Source of the DNA: Chloroflexota bacterium
Lineage (GTDB): Bacteria > Chloroflexota > Limnocylindria > Limnocylindrales > CSP1-4
Assembly: GCA_046732155.1 (NCBI GenBank)
Contig: JBKPMM010000005.1
Coordinates: 1-41,457 of the forward strand
Length of the DNA stretch: 41,457 bases
Reading direction: 5' to 3'
In this document: positions 8,755 to 18,592 of the stretch, in pieces
How positions within the stretch are numbered: position 1 is the stretch's first letter
How the letters are laid out: every line of letters starts with the position of its first letter
Notes under the pieces: generated by a model
Told to the model about the DNA's origin: nothing
Databases searched by the model: none
What the model saw: only the letters and a program-made list of their open reading frames with translations
Position numbers and translations under genes: made by a program

Positions 8755-9540
8755 CTAGACGATCGTCCGGATCTTCTCGAACGGCTGCCCGAGTCCTTCC
8801 GGCCCGAGCGTCCGGTAGCCCCCGTCGACGAGCAGCTCGGCGCCGGTGATGAATGACGCGCGGTCCGACAGCAGGAACGCGACCGCCTGCGCGATCTCGT
8901 GTGGCTCGGCCATCCGCCCGAGGGGCTGGAATTCCGCGGCGAGCGCATCGGCGCGCTCGCGGGTCCCATACCGCCGCTCGATGTTCCGACTCCACGTCCA
9001 GCCCGGGGAGACGGCGTTCACCCGGATGCCCTGCTTGGCGAAGTGGTTGCCGGCGCTCTTCACGAGCATCAGCAATCCCGCCTTGGAGACGTTGTAGACG
9101 ACCCGAAGCGGCTGCGATACGTGTCCGCTGACCGAGGCGATGTGGACGATCGCGCCACCCGGCCGCATCACGGCGGCTGCCTTGGTGGTCAGTACCGCCG
9201 CCGACGCCACGTTGACGTCCAGCACGCGCTGCCACATCGCACGGTCGCTGGCCATGCGCTCGTCCTCGAAGTTGGCACTCCCGCCGACGACGCCGTCGAG
9301 CCGTCCGAAGCCATCGATCGCGGTCGCGATCAGCCGGTCGAGGTCGCCATCGCTCGTGACGTCGGTCTGGACGAACCGGGCTTTCGCACCCAGGCGTCCG
9401 GCGACGGCGGACCCGTGTTCCGCATCCCGGTCGGCGAGGATCACCGACCCGCCGCCGTCCATGACGACGTTACCGATGGCCTCACCGATGAACGACGCGG
9501 CACCCGTGACGATGACGACGCGGCCGTCGAAGTCGCCCAC
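8755..9540 (-). CDS. SDR family NAD(P)-dependent oxidoreductase
   Basis: VVIVTGAASFIGEAI (TGxxxxIG), NVAS, and the catalytic YNVSKAG (YxxxK). Confidence 0.9.
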   Translation of the reverse strand: MGDFDGRVVIVTGAASFIGEAIGNVVMDGGGSVILADRDAEHGSAVAGRLGAKARFVQTDVTSDGDLDRLIATAIDGFGRLDGVVGGSANFEDERMASDRAMWQRVLDVNVASAAVLTTKAAAVMRPGGAIVHIASVSGHVSQPLRVVYNVSKAGLLMLVKSAGNHFAKQGIRVNAVSPGWTWSRNIERRYGTRERADALAAEFQPLGRMAEPHEIAQAVAFLLSDRASFITGAELLVDGGYRTLGPEGLGQPFEKIRTIV

Positions 9541-9547
9541 GCCGCGC

Positions 9548-11392
9548 CTAGACGCCGACGCGCTGATGCTGTTTCGCGTCCTCCCACGCAGCTCTTGCGG
9601 CCTTCACCGCGGGCCGGTCGCTGACCTCGGGCACGCCGACCTCCCACCACGCGCCGCCCTCGGTCCAGGTGTACTGGTCGATCGGGACGACGATCACGTA
9701 GCTGCGGTCGGCGGCCCTGGCGCGCGCGAACGCGGCGTCGAGATCCGCCACCGACTCGACGCGCTCGGCGATGGCGCCCATCGATTCGGCGTGCTTGACG
9801 AAGTCGACTTGGAAGTAGCGTTCATGGCGTGTCGTCGAGAGGAGGTTGTTGAACTCGGCGCCACCGGTGTTGACCTGGAGCCGATTGATCACGGCGTAGC
9901 CGCCGTTGTCGCAGACCATGAAGATGACCTTCTGGCCCGTGAGCACGGTCGAATAGATGTCCGAGTTCATCATCAGGTACGACCCGTCGCCGACCCAGGC
10001 GATCACGTCGCCATCGGGTCGGGCCAGGCGCGCGCCCCAGGCTCCTGCGATCTCGTAGCCCATCGTCGAGTAGCCGTATTCGGAGTCGAACGATCCGACC
10101 GACTTCGAGCGCCAGCCCATGCTGAGCTCGCCGGGCAGGCCGCCGGCCGCGGACAGGATGTAGTCCTGCGGTTCCGCGATCGCGTTGATCGCCTGGATGA
10201 CCTCGGCGTACGCCGGCGGGCCGTCGTGCTTGCGTCCCGACCAGGAGTCGAGATAAGCATGCCATTCGGCGATGTGCTCGTCCGCCGCAGCCAGCCACTC
10301 GGGCGGCGCCGCGTAGTCGCCGAGCGCCGCGTCGATCACTTCCAGCGTCACCTTCGCATCGCCGATCACCGGGAGCGCGCCCTGCTTGTGGGCGTCCCAC
10401 GACGCCGTGTTGATACCGATGAACCGCACGTCCGGATCGCGGAAGACCGACCACGAGCCTGTCGTGAAGTCCTGCAGGCGGGTGCCGACCGCGATCACGA
10501 CGTCGGCCTGCTCGGCGACGGCGTTCGCGGCACGTGAGCCCGTCACGCCGATCGGGCCCGCGTAGTTCGGGTGGTCATGGGTGAGGGTCGCCTTGCCGGC
10601 CACCGTCTCGACGACCGGGATGCTGTGTCGCTCGGCGAAGCCACGGACCGTCGCCGTCGCGTCGGAATAGTGGACGCCGCCGCCGGCGATGAGCATCGGG
10701 CGCTTGGCCCGACCGATCAGGTCCGCCGCGCGCTCGACGTCGCGCGGGTCGGGTCCGGGGCGACGGATGTAGTGCTCGCGCGGCTCGAAGAACCGCGTCG
10801 GATAGTCGTATGCCTCGGCCTGGACGTCCTGCGGCAGGGCGAAGAACGCCGGGCCACGCGTCGCCGGGTCGAGCATCGTCGCCAACGCCTGCGGCAGCGA
10901 CTTCACGATCTGTGCCGGATCGGTGATGCGGTCCCAGTAGCGGCTGACCGGCTTGAACGCGTCGGCGACGGTGATCGTCGGGTCGCCGAAGTGCTCGACC
11001 TGCTGGAGGACCGGGTCGACGATCCGGTGCCGGAACGTATCCCCGGACATCAGCAAAACGGGGAGGCGATTGGCGTGGGCGACGGCGGCGGCCGTGACCA
11101 TGTTCGTCGAGCCGGGCCCGACCGATGACGTCGCGATCATGATCCGCCGGCCCCGCATGGCCTTCGCGTACGCGACGGCAGCGAGCGCCATCGATTGCTC
11201 GTTCTGGCCGCGCCATGTCGGCAGCCGGTCCTGGACCGGCTCGAGCGCTTCGGCCAGGGAGGTCACGTTCCCGTGACCGAAGATCCCGAACACGCCAGCG
11301 AAGATCGGCACGTCCTCGCCGTCGATCCTGGTCCGCTGCGCGAGGAGCCAGCGGACGATGGCTTGGGCGGTCGTCAGGCGAATCGTGTCCAT
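9548..11392 (-). CDS. iolD: IolD-like ThDP enzyme (3D-(3,5/4)-trihydroxycyclohexane-1,2-dione acylhydrolase family)
   Basis: IRLTTAQAIVRWL...FGIFGHGNV...GQNEQSMA...VGPGSTNMV...DPVLQQ...KPVSRYWDRIT...GPIGVTGSRAANA closely parallels B. subtilis IolD as I recall it. The track ORF extends to 11437, but the ATG at 11392 (MDTIRL) lies 4 nt after the upstream aldolase stop. Confidence 0.85.
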   Translation of the reverse strand: MDTIRLTTAQAIVRWLLAQRTRIDGEDVPIFAGVFGIFGHGNVTSLAEALEPVQDRLPTWRGQNEQSMALAAVAYAKAMRGRRIMIATSSVGPGSTNMVTAAAVAHANRLPVLLMSGDTFRHRIVDPVLQQVEHFGDPTITVADAFKPVSRYWDRITDPAQIVKSLPQALATMLDPATRGPAFFALPQDVQAEAYDYPTRFFEPREHYIRRPGPDPRDVERAADLIGRAKRPMLIAGGGVHYSDATATVRGFAERHSIPVVETVAGKATLTHDHPNYAGPIGVTGSRAANAVAEQADVVIAVGTRLQDFTTGSWSVFRDPDVRFIGINTASWDAHKQGALPVIGDAKVTLEVIDAALGDYAAPPEWLAAADEHIAEWHAYLDSWSGRKHDGPPAYAEVIQAINAIAEPQDYILSAAGGLPGELSMGWRSKSVGSFDSEYGYSTMGYEIAGAWGARLARPDGDVIAWVGDGSYLMMNSDIYSTVLTGQKVIFMVCDNGGYAVINRLQVNTGGAEFNNLLSTTRHERYFQVDFVKHAESMGAIAERVESVADLDAAFARARAADRSYVIVVPIDQYTWTEGGAWWEVGVPEVSDRPAVKAARAAWEDAKQHQRVGV

Positions 11393-11396
11393 CCCG

Positions 11397-12158
11397 TCAG
11401 CCTCGCACGTCGCGCAGGTGTGTGCGCATCCCGTCACGCAGGAACGGCTCGAGCGACGTCGTGAAGTATCGGGCGCCGCGGTCCAGCCATTCCTTCGTCA
11501 TGTCGACCGTGCCAGCGTAGATGCCGAGGGTCTTGCCGGAGCCGACCACTGCGTCGGCGACCCGGTCCATCGCCGCGAGCACGTCGGGGTGGCGCAGGTC
11601 GCCCGGATGGCCGAGCGATTGCGACAGATCGGTCGGGCCGAGGAACAACACATCGATCCCATCGATCGCCAGGTAGTCGTCGATCGCATCGACGGCGTCC
11701 TGCGTCTCGACCTGGATCACGACGAGGGTCTCGCGATTGGCGCGTCGCACGTACTCGGCGATCGGCTCACGTAGCCCCCACTCGGACGCACGGCTGCCAG
11801 CGAGCCCGCGGATCCCGCGAGGCGTGTATTTCACCGACCGCACGGCACGTTCGGCGTCGGCGGCTGTGTTCACCCATGGGACGTGGACGCCGTGGGCACC
11901 GGTATCGAGGAAGCGGAGGATCGTCGGCGCGTCGTTGGTGGTCACGCGGACCATGGGTGTCGTCCCGCGTGGCTCGATCGCCCGGCACAGGTCCTCGACT
12001 TCGCGCGGCTGCAGCGACCCGTGCTCGGCATCGAACACGAGGAAGTCCCACCCGAGCATCCCGACGTACTCGATGAGCTGCGGCTCCGCGGTCCGGACGA
12101 AACATCCGAACGCCGGCTCACCGGCGGTGAGCTTGGCCTTGGTCCGGTTCTCGAGCAT
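11397..12158 (-). CDS. HpcH/HpaI family class II (pyruvate-type) aldolase
   Basis: The N-terminus KAKLTAGEPAFGCFVRTAEPQLIEYVGMLGWDFLVFDAEHG and the later GPTDLSQSLG are typical of HpaI/GarL/YfaU-type aldolases. Confidence 0.85.
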   Translation of the reverse strand: MLENRTKAKLTAGEPAFGCFVRTAEPQLIEYVGMLGWDFLVFDAEHGSLQPREVEDLCRAIEPRGTTPMVRVTTNDAPTILRFLDTGAHGVHVPWVNTAADAERAVRSVKYTPRGIRGLAGSRASEWGLREPIAEYVRRANRETLVVIQVETQDAVDAIDDYLAIDGIDVLFLGPTDLSQSLGHPGDLRHPDVLAAMDRVADAVVGSGKTLGIYAGTVDMTKEWLDRGARYFTTSLEPFLRDGMRTHLRDVRG

Positions 12159-12185
12159 CCCTCGTCCTTTCAGTCGAGCCGCAGG

Positions 12186-13358
12186 TCAGTCGAGCCGGAG
12201 GCTCGTGACGTCTTCCCATCGTTCCGATGACCACGAGCGGACCATCGCCGCAGCCACGGAGGCATTCGCGACCGCGTCCGTGAAGTCGGGGTGGTGCTGC
12301 CGGCCGGCCTCGACCGATCGCAGGAACTCGAACGCCTCGATGAGCTTCATGTCCTCGTACCCGACGGAATTGCCGCCGCCCGGGACGATGTGGCCCTGGT
12401 TCGGGTGCTTGTCGCCCCCGAGGACCTCGATGAAGCCGTCGGTCGGCTGCTCCTCCGGGAGGTACAGCTGAAGCTGGTTCAGTCGCTCGTGATCCCACGA
12501 AGCGGCGCCCCTGGACCCATTCAGCTCGAAGGCCATCGAGCTCTGCGGCCCGAAGATCGACCGGTCGGCCTCGAGCGTGCCGCGGACGCCGTTCTCGAAC
12601 TGGACCAGCGCGCCGACATAGTCCTCGTTCGTCACGGCCCCCGTCGGATCGCCGGGCTTGCCACGGTCGTAGTGCGTGCCTTGCCCGGGGACGGGCAGCG
12701 GCCGCTCGCGCACGAAGGTCTCTTTGACCGCGACGACCCGCTTGATCGGGCCGCACATGAACTGGGCCATGTCGATGGCGTGCGACATGATGTCGCTCAG
12801 CGACCCGTAGCCGGCTTCCTCCTGCAGGAACCGCCACGACAAGAGCCCGAGGCGATCGCGCCCGTACATCGAGAAGAACCGGCCGCGGTAGTGGGTCAGG
12901 TCGCCGAGACGGCCGTCAACGATGAGCTGGCGGGTGTACTGCACGAGCGGCGCCCAGCGGTAGTTGTACCCGCAGCTGCTGATGACACCGGCGCGCCGCG
13001 CGGCCAGCTCGATCGCCGCGGTCGCCTCGGGCGAGATCCCGACGGGCTTCTCGCAGGCGATGTGCTTCCCGGCTGCGGCGGCGGCCTCGACGAGCTCTTG
13101 GTGGAGCGCGTTCGGCGCCGTGATGTCGACGACGTCGATGTCGTCGCGCGCGATCAGTTCATGCCAGTCGAGCGTGCCCGTCTCGAACCCGAAGTTCTGC
13201 TTTGCCAGCTCGACTCGCGCGGGAACGTTGTCGGCGACAGACACCAGCCGCGGCCGGATGCCGCTCTCGGGGAAGTAGACGGGGATATCGCGATAGGCGC
13301 GTGAATGCGCCTGGCCCATCCAGCCGAACCCGATGACGCCGACGCCGATCTCGGTCAC
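12186..13358 (-). CDS. Gfo/Idh/MocA family oxidoreductase (inositol dehydrogenase-like)
   Basis: N-terminal Rossmann IGVGVIGFGWMGQAHSRAY, the EKP motif (ACEKPVG), and a C-terminal alpha/beta oligomerisation domain. Confidence 0.85.
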   Translation of the reverse strand: MTEIGVGVIGFGWMGQAHSRAYRDIPVYFPESGIRPRLVSVADNVPARVELAKQNFGFETGTLDWHELIARDDIDVVDITAPNALHQELVEAAAAAGKHIACEKPVGISPEATAAIELAARRAGVISSCGYNYRWAPLVQYTRQLIVDGRLGDLTHYRGRFFSMYGRDRLGLLSWRFLQEEAGYGSLSDIMSHAIDMAQFMCGPIKRVVAVKETFVRERPLPVPGQGTHYDRGKPGDPTGAVTNEDYVGALVQFENGVRGTLEADRSIFGPQSSMAFELNGSRGAASWDHERLNQLQLYLPEEQPTDGFIEVLGGDKHPNQGHIVPGGGNSVGYEDMKLIEAFEFLRSVEAGRQHHPDFTDAVANASVAAAMVRSWSSERWEDVTSLRLD

Positions 13359-14356
13359 CTGTCCACTCCTGCAGCGGTCGCCCCCGCGACGCGGTCCCAG
13401 ACCTCGGGGTTGACGAGATGTGCCGGCCGCTCGCCGCGGAGGACGGTCATCGCCTGCTCGAATGCGGCTTGGAGGATGCGCAGCTTGCCATCGGCTGTCG
13501 CCGACGCGATGTGCGGCGTCACGACGACATCGTCCCGCCCGAGCAGCGGGTGGTCAGGCGGGAGCGGCTCGGGAGCCGTCACGTCGAGACCCGCGCCGAC
13601 GATTTGGCCCGCCTCGAGCGCTGCCAGCAGCGCGTCCTGGTCGACGAGCCCGCCACGGGCCGTGTTGACGAACACGGCTCCTCGCTTCATCTCGGCGAAG
13701 CGGCCCTCGTCGAACATGCCGCGCGTGGCGTCGCTCAGCGGCACATGTACGGAGACGACATCGGCCTGGCCAAGCAGCGCGTCGAGTGTCGCGACGTGCG
13801 CGAAGCCGGACGGGATCGCGGTCGGGTCGCAGTACGGATCGAACGTCATGACGTCCATCCCGATCGCCTCAGCGATCGCGCCGACGCGGCGAGCGATCCG
13901 CCCACACCCGACGAGACCGAGGATCTTGCCGGCCAGCTCGACACCGCTATGGCGGGCGTAATAGCTGCCCGAGGTTCCGGTCGTGAGCGAATGCTCAGCC
14001 GCCTTGACCTTCTTCGCGACCATCAGCATGAGGGTGACGGCGTGCTCTGCCGTGGAGATCGTCGGGCCGTCCGGCGTGTTGCATACGGCGATGCCCCGGG
14101 CGGTCGCCGCGCCGACGTCGACGCCGTCATAGCCGATCCCGGTCCGCGCGATGACCCGCAAGCCGGGCGCGCGATCCATGACCGCCTCGTCGTACGGGGC
14201 TGCACCGGCGATGGCGGCGATCGCGGTCTCGATGCCGGAGAAGCGGTCGGTGTCCGTTCCCGGTCCGAGGGGCGCGCACATCGCTTGCACGCGATCGACG
14301 AGCTCGGGCAGGACGGGTCGCTCGAACCAGACGTGGGGGAGGGCAGGGGACGACAT
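13355..14356 (-). CDS. D-isomer-specific 2-hydroxyacid dehydrogenase family protein
   Basis: GLVGCGRIARRVG nucleotide-binding motif, NTARGGLVD and TPHIAS catalytic-region motifs. Confidence 0.85.
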   Translation of the reverse strand: MSSPALPHVWFERPVLPELVDRVQAMCAPLGPGTDTDRFSGIETAIAAIAGAAPYDEAVMDRAPGLRVIARTGIGYDGVDVGAATARGIAVCNTPDGPTISTAEHAVTLMLMVAKKVKAAEHSLTTGTSGSYYARHSGVELAGKILGLVGCGRIARRVGAIAEAIGMDVMTFDPYCDPTAIPSGFAHVATLDALLGQADVVSVHVPLSDATRGMFDEGRFAEMKRGAVFVNTARGGLVDQDALLAALEAGQIVGAGLDVTAPEPLPPDHPLLGRDDVVVTPHIASATADGKLRILQAAFEQAMTVLRGERPAHLVNPEVWDRVAGATAAGVDR

Positions 14357-14359
14357 CCG

Positions 14360-15271
14360 TCAGCTCGGCCCGCCCGTGAACAACGGGTCCGGTAGACCCC
14401 GGACGTCGAGCTCGACCGCGAAGAGGCCACCAGCCTCCGGGTCGTCCGTATCCTGCGGGTGCGAGCCACCTCCGCCGATGCTGGTCACGAACAGCGTCGA
14501 GAGGTTCGGTCCGCCGAACGCGGGCATCGTCGGCTTCAGGGTCGGGACGGCGATGTGCCGATCGACGGCGCCGTCCGGTGTCACGCGCAGCACCGCGGAG
14601 CCGTAGACGCAGGCGATCCAGTACCCACCCTCGGCGTCGACGCACGCGCCGTCCGGCCTGCCCGGAAGGGTCGCGAAGTCGAGGAAGACCCGCTCGTTCG
14701 TGGCCTCGCCGGTCGCGACGTCGTAGTCGTACGCCCAGACCGTGTCCCGATGGGTGTCCGCCCAGTACATCGTCGTGCCGTCGGGCGAGAATGCCAGCCC
14801 GTTCGGGACGCCGATGTCGGTTCGTTCGACCGTTGCCGTCCCGTCCGGCTCGACCCGGTAGAGCGATCCGCGCGCCTGGCTGTCGGCGGCGGGATCGAAC
14901 ATCGTCCCGACCCAGAACCGCCCTGCCGGATCCGTCCGGCCGTCATTGAGACGGTTGCCGCGACCTTCTGCCTCGAGCTGGATCCAGTCGCTCCAGGTGC
15001 CGCCATCCCAGTCGAGGAAGCCAAGCCGGCCCTCCATCGCGACCAGCAGTCGTCCCGGAGTCGCCGTCAGGGCCATCGATCCCGGCCGGCCCGGGAGCTC
15101 ACGCGTCTCGTCGGCGCCGGTCGTCGGGTCGAAGCGATGGACGGCGCGACCGTCGATGTCTTCCCAGTACAAGCGGGCCTCGGCTACGCTCCACAGCGGG
15201 CACTCGCCGAGACGCGCGCGGGCGGGCAGGACCAGCGCCGCGGTCGCGTCGGATGGCGACGACAAGGTCAC
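14360..15271 (-). CDS. SMP-30/gluconolactonase/LRE family protein (lactonase)
   Basis: LGECPLWSVAEARLYWEDI, NDGRTDPAGRFWVGTM and PNGLAFSPDG repeats are typical of the six-bladed SMP-30 propeller. Confidence 0.85.
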   Translation of the reverse strand: MTLSSPSDATAALVLPARARLGECPLWSVAEARLYWEDIDGRAVHRFDPTTGADETRELPGRPGSMALTATPGRLLVAMEGRLGFLDWDGGTWSDWIQLEAEGRGNRLNDGRTDPAGRFWVGTMFDPAADSQARGSLYRVEPDGTATVERTDIGVPNGLAFSPDGTTMYWADTHRDTVWAYDYDVATGEATNERVFLDFATLPGRPDGACVDAEGGYWIACVYGSAVLRVTPDGAVDRHIAVPTLKPTMPAFGGPNLSTLFVTSIGGGGSHPQDTDDPEAGGLFAVELDVRGLPDPLFTGGPS

Positions 15272-16185
15272 GCGCGGGTAGCCGCGAGGTCGCGCAGGAA
15301 GGCCACGCTGTCGATCGCGTCGGCCTTCGGTCCCTCGCCTTCAGGTGGATCCGACTTGAGCGAAACGTCCTGCTCGAGGACATACCAGCCCCGGAAGCCC
15401 TGGTCCTCGAGCGTTTCGATGACGCCGGCGATGTCGACGCCACCTACGCCGAGCGGTACGAACAAACCGTCGAGGACGGCTTCGCGGAAGGCGACCTCGC
15501 CGTTCCGGACCCGCTCGGCCTTCGCGGCATCGACGTCCTTGAGGTGGACGTGAAGGACGCGATCGCCCGCCGCCTTGGCGACTCCGACGGGGTCTGCGCC
15601 ACCGAGGTAGGCATGGCCTGTGTCGAGACAGATCCCGACGTCCGACGCGTCGAGCAGGCGGTCGATGTCGGGGCCGGTCGCGATGGCCAAGCCCCAATGC
15701 GGGTGCAGCGCGGTCTGGAGGCCGGCATCTTTGACGATCGATTCGAGCCGTCGGAGATTGGCAAGGAAGATCGCCCACTCGTCACCCGACATGTCGACCG
15801 GCGTGTCATAGCCTGGGTTCGCTGACGACGGGCCGAGGACGAGGACCTCCGAGCCGGTCGACGCGAGCTGTTTCGCCGCGCGGTCGACATAGGCCAGCTG
15901 GTCGTCGACGCGGTCCTCGCGGTACAGGAGCGCCGGGACGAACCCGCCGACGATGCTCATGTCGAACCGATCAAGGAACTCCTTGAGCTCCAGCGGATCG
16001 GTCGGGAGATAGCCGTCCGGTCCGAGCTCTGTGGCGCTCAGTCCGCTTTCGACCATCTCGCGCAGGACGCGCTCGCGATCCATGAGATAGCCCCACCCCG
16101 GCGATCCGTCGACGCCCCACGTGATCGGTGCGCCCGCCACCCGCTCCAGGAGATCACTCACGTGCTGCCGACCCTCCTCACCCAT
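15268..16185 (-). CDS. Xylose-isomerase-like TIM barrel protein, IolE (inosose dehydratase)-like
   Basis: APITWGV..., LDTGHAY, VLHVHLKDV, GLFVPLGVGGVDI and GWYVLEQD mirror the IolE blocks YDTGH / VHVHFKDV / FTVPGDGDLDF / GWIVVEAEQD. An alternative GTG start at 16161 has a GGAGG Shine-Dalgarno about 10 nt upstream. Confidence 0.75.
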   Translation of the reverse strand: MGEEGRQHVSDLLERVAGAPITWGVDGSPGWGYLMDRERVLREMVESGLSATELGPDGYLPTDPLELKEFLDRFDMSIVGGFVPALLYREDRVDDQLAYVDRAAKQLASTGSEVLVLGPSSANPGYDTPVDMSGDEWAIFLANLRRLESIVKDAGLQTALHPHWGLAIATGPDIDRLLDASDVGICLDTGHAYLGGADPVGVAKAAGDRVLHVHLKDVDAAKAERVRNGEVAFREAVLDGLFVPLGVGGVDIAGVIETLEDQGFRGWYVLEQDVSLKSDPPEGEGPKADAIDSVAFLRDLAATRA

Positions 16186-16233
16186 CCGCCCCTCGACGTG
16201 TTGACGGTCAGATTATCGTCTTGGTACCGTGCC

Positions 16234-16249
16234 GTGCAATCGGTTGCAC
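16234..16249. promoter_or_regulatory. LacI/GalR-type operator candidate GTGCAATCGGTTGCAC (perfect half-sites GTGCAA/TTGCAC)
   Basis: Lies in the divergent region between the iolE-like operon and the DegT operon, directly downstream of the candidate promoter TTGACG (16201-16206) - 18 nt - TACCGT (16225-16230). It matches the site at 6045-6060 at 15 of 16 positions. Confidence 0.55.
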
Positions 16250-16285
16250 AAAACGGCAACGGCACGCGGACGGAGGGAGGCCGGC

Positions 16286-17527
16286 ATGCCCGGACCCGGC
16301 GTAGAGCTGATCGGCGAGGAAGAGATCGCCGAGGTGATGCAGGTCCTGAAGGCCCGGGCACTCAGTCGGTACGGCAGCGAATCCGACCCGAACTTCGGTG
16401 CCAAGGTAAGGAAGGTCGAGCAGGAGATCGCGTCACTCGCTGGCGTGCGGTACGGCCTCGGGCTTCACGGCGGCGGATCAAGTGGTCTGTTCGTCACCCT
16501 GCTCGGCATCGGCGTCGGGCCAGGGGACGAGGTCATCGTTCCGGGCTTCACGTTCGTCGCCTCGATCTCCGCGATCGTGTACGCACGAGGCATCCCGGTC
16601 CTCGCCGAGGTCGACGACTCGTTCAACCTCGACCCGGCCGATGTCGAGGCACGCGTCACCGCTCGAACCAAGGCCATCCTCGTCGTCCACATGCTCGGCG
16701 CACCGGCGCGGCTCGACGAACTCAAGGACATCGCGGATCGGCACGGGATCGCGCTCATCGAGGACTGCGCCCAGGCGTTCGGCGCGACGTACCAGGGTCA
16801 AGGGGTGGGTGGTATCGGGACCGCCGGTATCTACAGCTTCAACGAGTACAAGACGATCACGTGCGGCGACGGCGGGATGATCGTCACCGACGACGAAGAG
16901 CTGTACAAGCGGTTCTTCGCCATCCACGATCAGGGCCACGCTCCGAACCGGCTCGGATCCAAGTACGCCGAGCGGCCGTTCCTCGGGCTGAATTTCCGGA
17001 TGACCGAGCTGTCCGGCGCCGTGCTCCTGGCGCAGGTCCGCAAGCTCGACCTGATCCGCGATCACCTCCGTGAGAACAAGGCGATCGTGAAGTCGACGAT
17101 CGCCGGCCTGCCGGGCCTCGGCTTCCGCACCATCGTCGACCCGGAAGGCGACCTCGCGACGCACCTCGTGGTGACGTTCCCGACGCCGGAGATCGCCAAG
17201 GCCGTCGCTGACGAGCTCGGCTCGATCACCCTGGCCGCCTCGGGCTGGCACGTCTACGCCAACATGGAGCACCTCATGGAGATGCGGACGGTCAGCGGCC
17301 GCGGCTGCCCGTTCGACTGCGCGTGTTACGGGAGCGAGGGCGTGCACTACGCACCTGGGATGCTGCCGCAGACGGACGCGCTCCTCGCGCGGTCGATGAG
17401 CATCGGGATCGGCATCTTCGACACGAATCTCGCGCCCTGGGGTCTGCGCATGCGGGACGACGCCGACGCGGCGCACCGCGTCGCCGAGCGATTCTGCGAG
17501 GTGGCCGGGCGCCATCTCGGGAACTAG
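16286..17527 (+). CDS. DegT/DnrJ/EryC1/StrS family PLP-dependent aminotransferase
   Basis: IGEEEIAEVMQVL...VIVPGFTFVASISAIV...IEDCAQAFGA...SFNEYKTITCGDGGMIVT (PLP-lysine block). The ATG at 16286 is preceded by GGAGGGAGG (16272-16280). The track ORF starts earlier, at 16229. Confidence 0.85.
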   Translation: MPGPGVELIGEEEIAEVMQVLKARALSRYGSESDPNFGAKVRKVEQEIASLAGVRYGLGLHGGGSSGLFVTLLGIGVGPGDEVIVPGFTFVASISAIVYARGIPVLAEVDDSFNLDPADVEARVTARTKAILVVHMLGAPARLDELKDIADRHGIALIEDCAQAFGATYQGQGVGGIGTAGIYSFNEYKTITCGDGGMIVTDDEELYKRFFAIHDQGHAPNRLGSKYAERPFLGLNFRMTELSGAVLLAQVRKLDLIRDHLRENKAIVKSTIAGLPGLGFRTIVDPEGDLATHLVVTFPTPEIAKAVADELGSITLAASGWHVYANMEHLMEMRTVSGRGCPFDCACYGSEGVHYAPGMLPQTDALLARSMSIGIGIFDTNLAPWGLRMRDDADAAHRVAERFCEVAGRHLGN

Positions 17528-17534
17528 GCGACCG

Positions 17535-18590
17535 ATGGCGTCCGGGTCGATCGGCGTCGGGATCGTCGGGTACGGGCTGGCCGGACGCCATTTCCACGCG
17601 CCCTTCGTGTCGGCCGTTGACGGCCTTCATGTTGCTGCGATCGCCACGTCGCGCGCCGACCGACAGGCCGACGCGCACCGCGAGTACCCGGACGCCGCCG
17701 TCGCCGGGTCGTTCGACGATCTCCTGGGCCGTCCGGATGTCGAGATCGTGGTCGTCGCCTCGCCGAACCGGACGCACGTGCCGCTCGGCATCCGCGCGCT
17801 CGAGGCCGGTCGACACGTCGTGGTCGACAAGCCCATCGCGACCGACATCGCGGACGCGGAACGTTTGGTCGACGCTCGCGAACGTTCGGGCAGGGTTCTG
17901 TCCGTCTATCACAACCGCCGTTTCGACGGCGATTTCCTGACCGTCCGTTCGCTCGTCGCGGCCGGCACGCTCGGTCCGATCGACAGCATGGAGTCGCGTT
18001 TCGAGATCGGCGTACCGCTCGCCGAGGCGTGGCGCGAGGACGCCGATGAGGCAGGCGGCCCGCATCGTGACCTGGGCGCGCATCTCGTGGACCAGGCGCT
18101 GCTGTTGTTCGGCGACCCCGTGCGCGTGTTCGCACAGCTCGACCGGCGGCGCCCGGGAACCGAGGTCGACGACTCAGCGTTCGTCGCGCTGGAGCATCGC
18201 GGCGGAGAGCGGTCGCGGATCTGGACGTCGCTCATCTCGCCGTGGGGTCGGCCGCGGTTCCGTCTCCGGGGCTTGCTCGGCGAGTTCGTCAAGGAGGAGC
18301 GCGACCCGCAGGAGGCACGGGCGATGACCGGCGGCAAACCGTCGGACCCGGGCTTCGGCGAGGACGCGCCTGACCAGTGGGGGCGTCTCTACCTGATCGG
18401 CGAGGAGCCGACCACAGTCCCGACGGAGCGGGGCGACTACCGTCGCTTCTACGAGCTGTTCCGCGACGCCGTGCTGACCGGTAGTCCGCCGCCGGTCGAC
18501 CCGCTCGACGCGATCCGTGGGCTGCGCGTGCTCGAGGCCGCCGAGACGTCGTCGCGGACGAGCTCGGTCGTCAGCCCGGCGGCCGTCTGA
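17535..18590 (+). CDS. Gfo/Idh/MocA family oxidoreductase
   Basis: IGVGIVGYGLAGRHFHAPF Rossmann N-terminus and the VVVDKPIA (EKP-like) motif. It begins 7 nt after the DegT stop. Confidence 0.85.
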   Translation: MASGSIGVGIVGYGLAGRHFHAPFVSAVDGLHVAAIATSRADRQADAHREYPDAAVAGSFDDLLGRPDVEIVVVASPNRTHVPLGIRALEAGRHVVVDKPIATDIADAERLVDARERSGRVLSVYHNRRFDGDFLTVRSLVAAGTLGPIDSMESRFEIGVPLAEAWREDADEAGGPHRDLGAHLVDQALLLFGDPVRVFAQLDRRRPGTEVDDSAFVALEHRGGERSRIWTSLISPWGRPRFRLRGLLGEFVKEERDPQEARAMTGGKPSDPGFGEDAPDQWGRLYLIGEEPTTVPTERGDYRRFYELFRDAVLTGSPPPVDPLDAIRGLRVLEAAETSSRTSSVVSPAAV

Positions 18591-18592
18591 CC

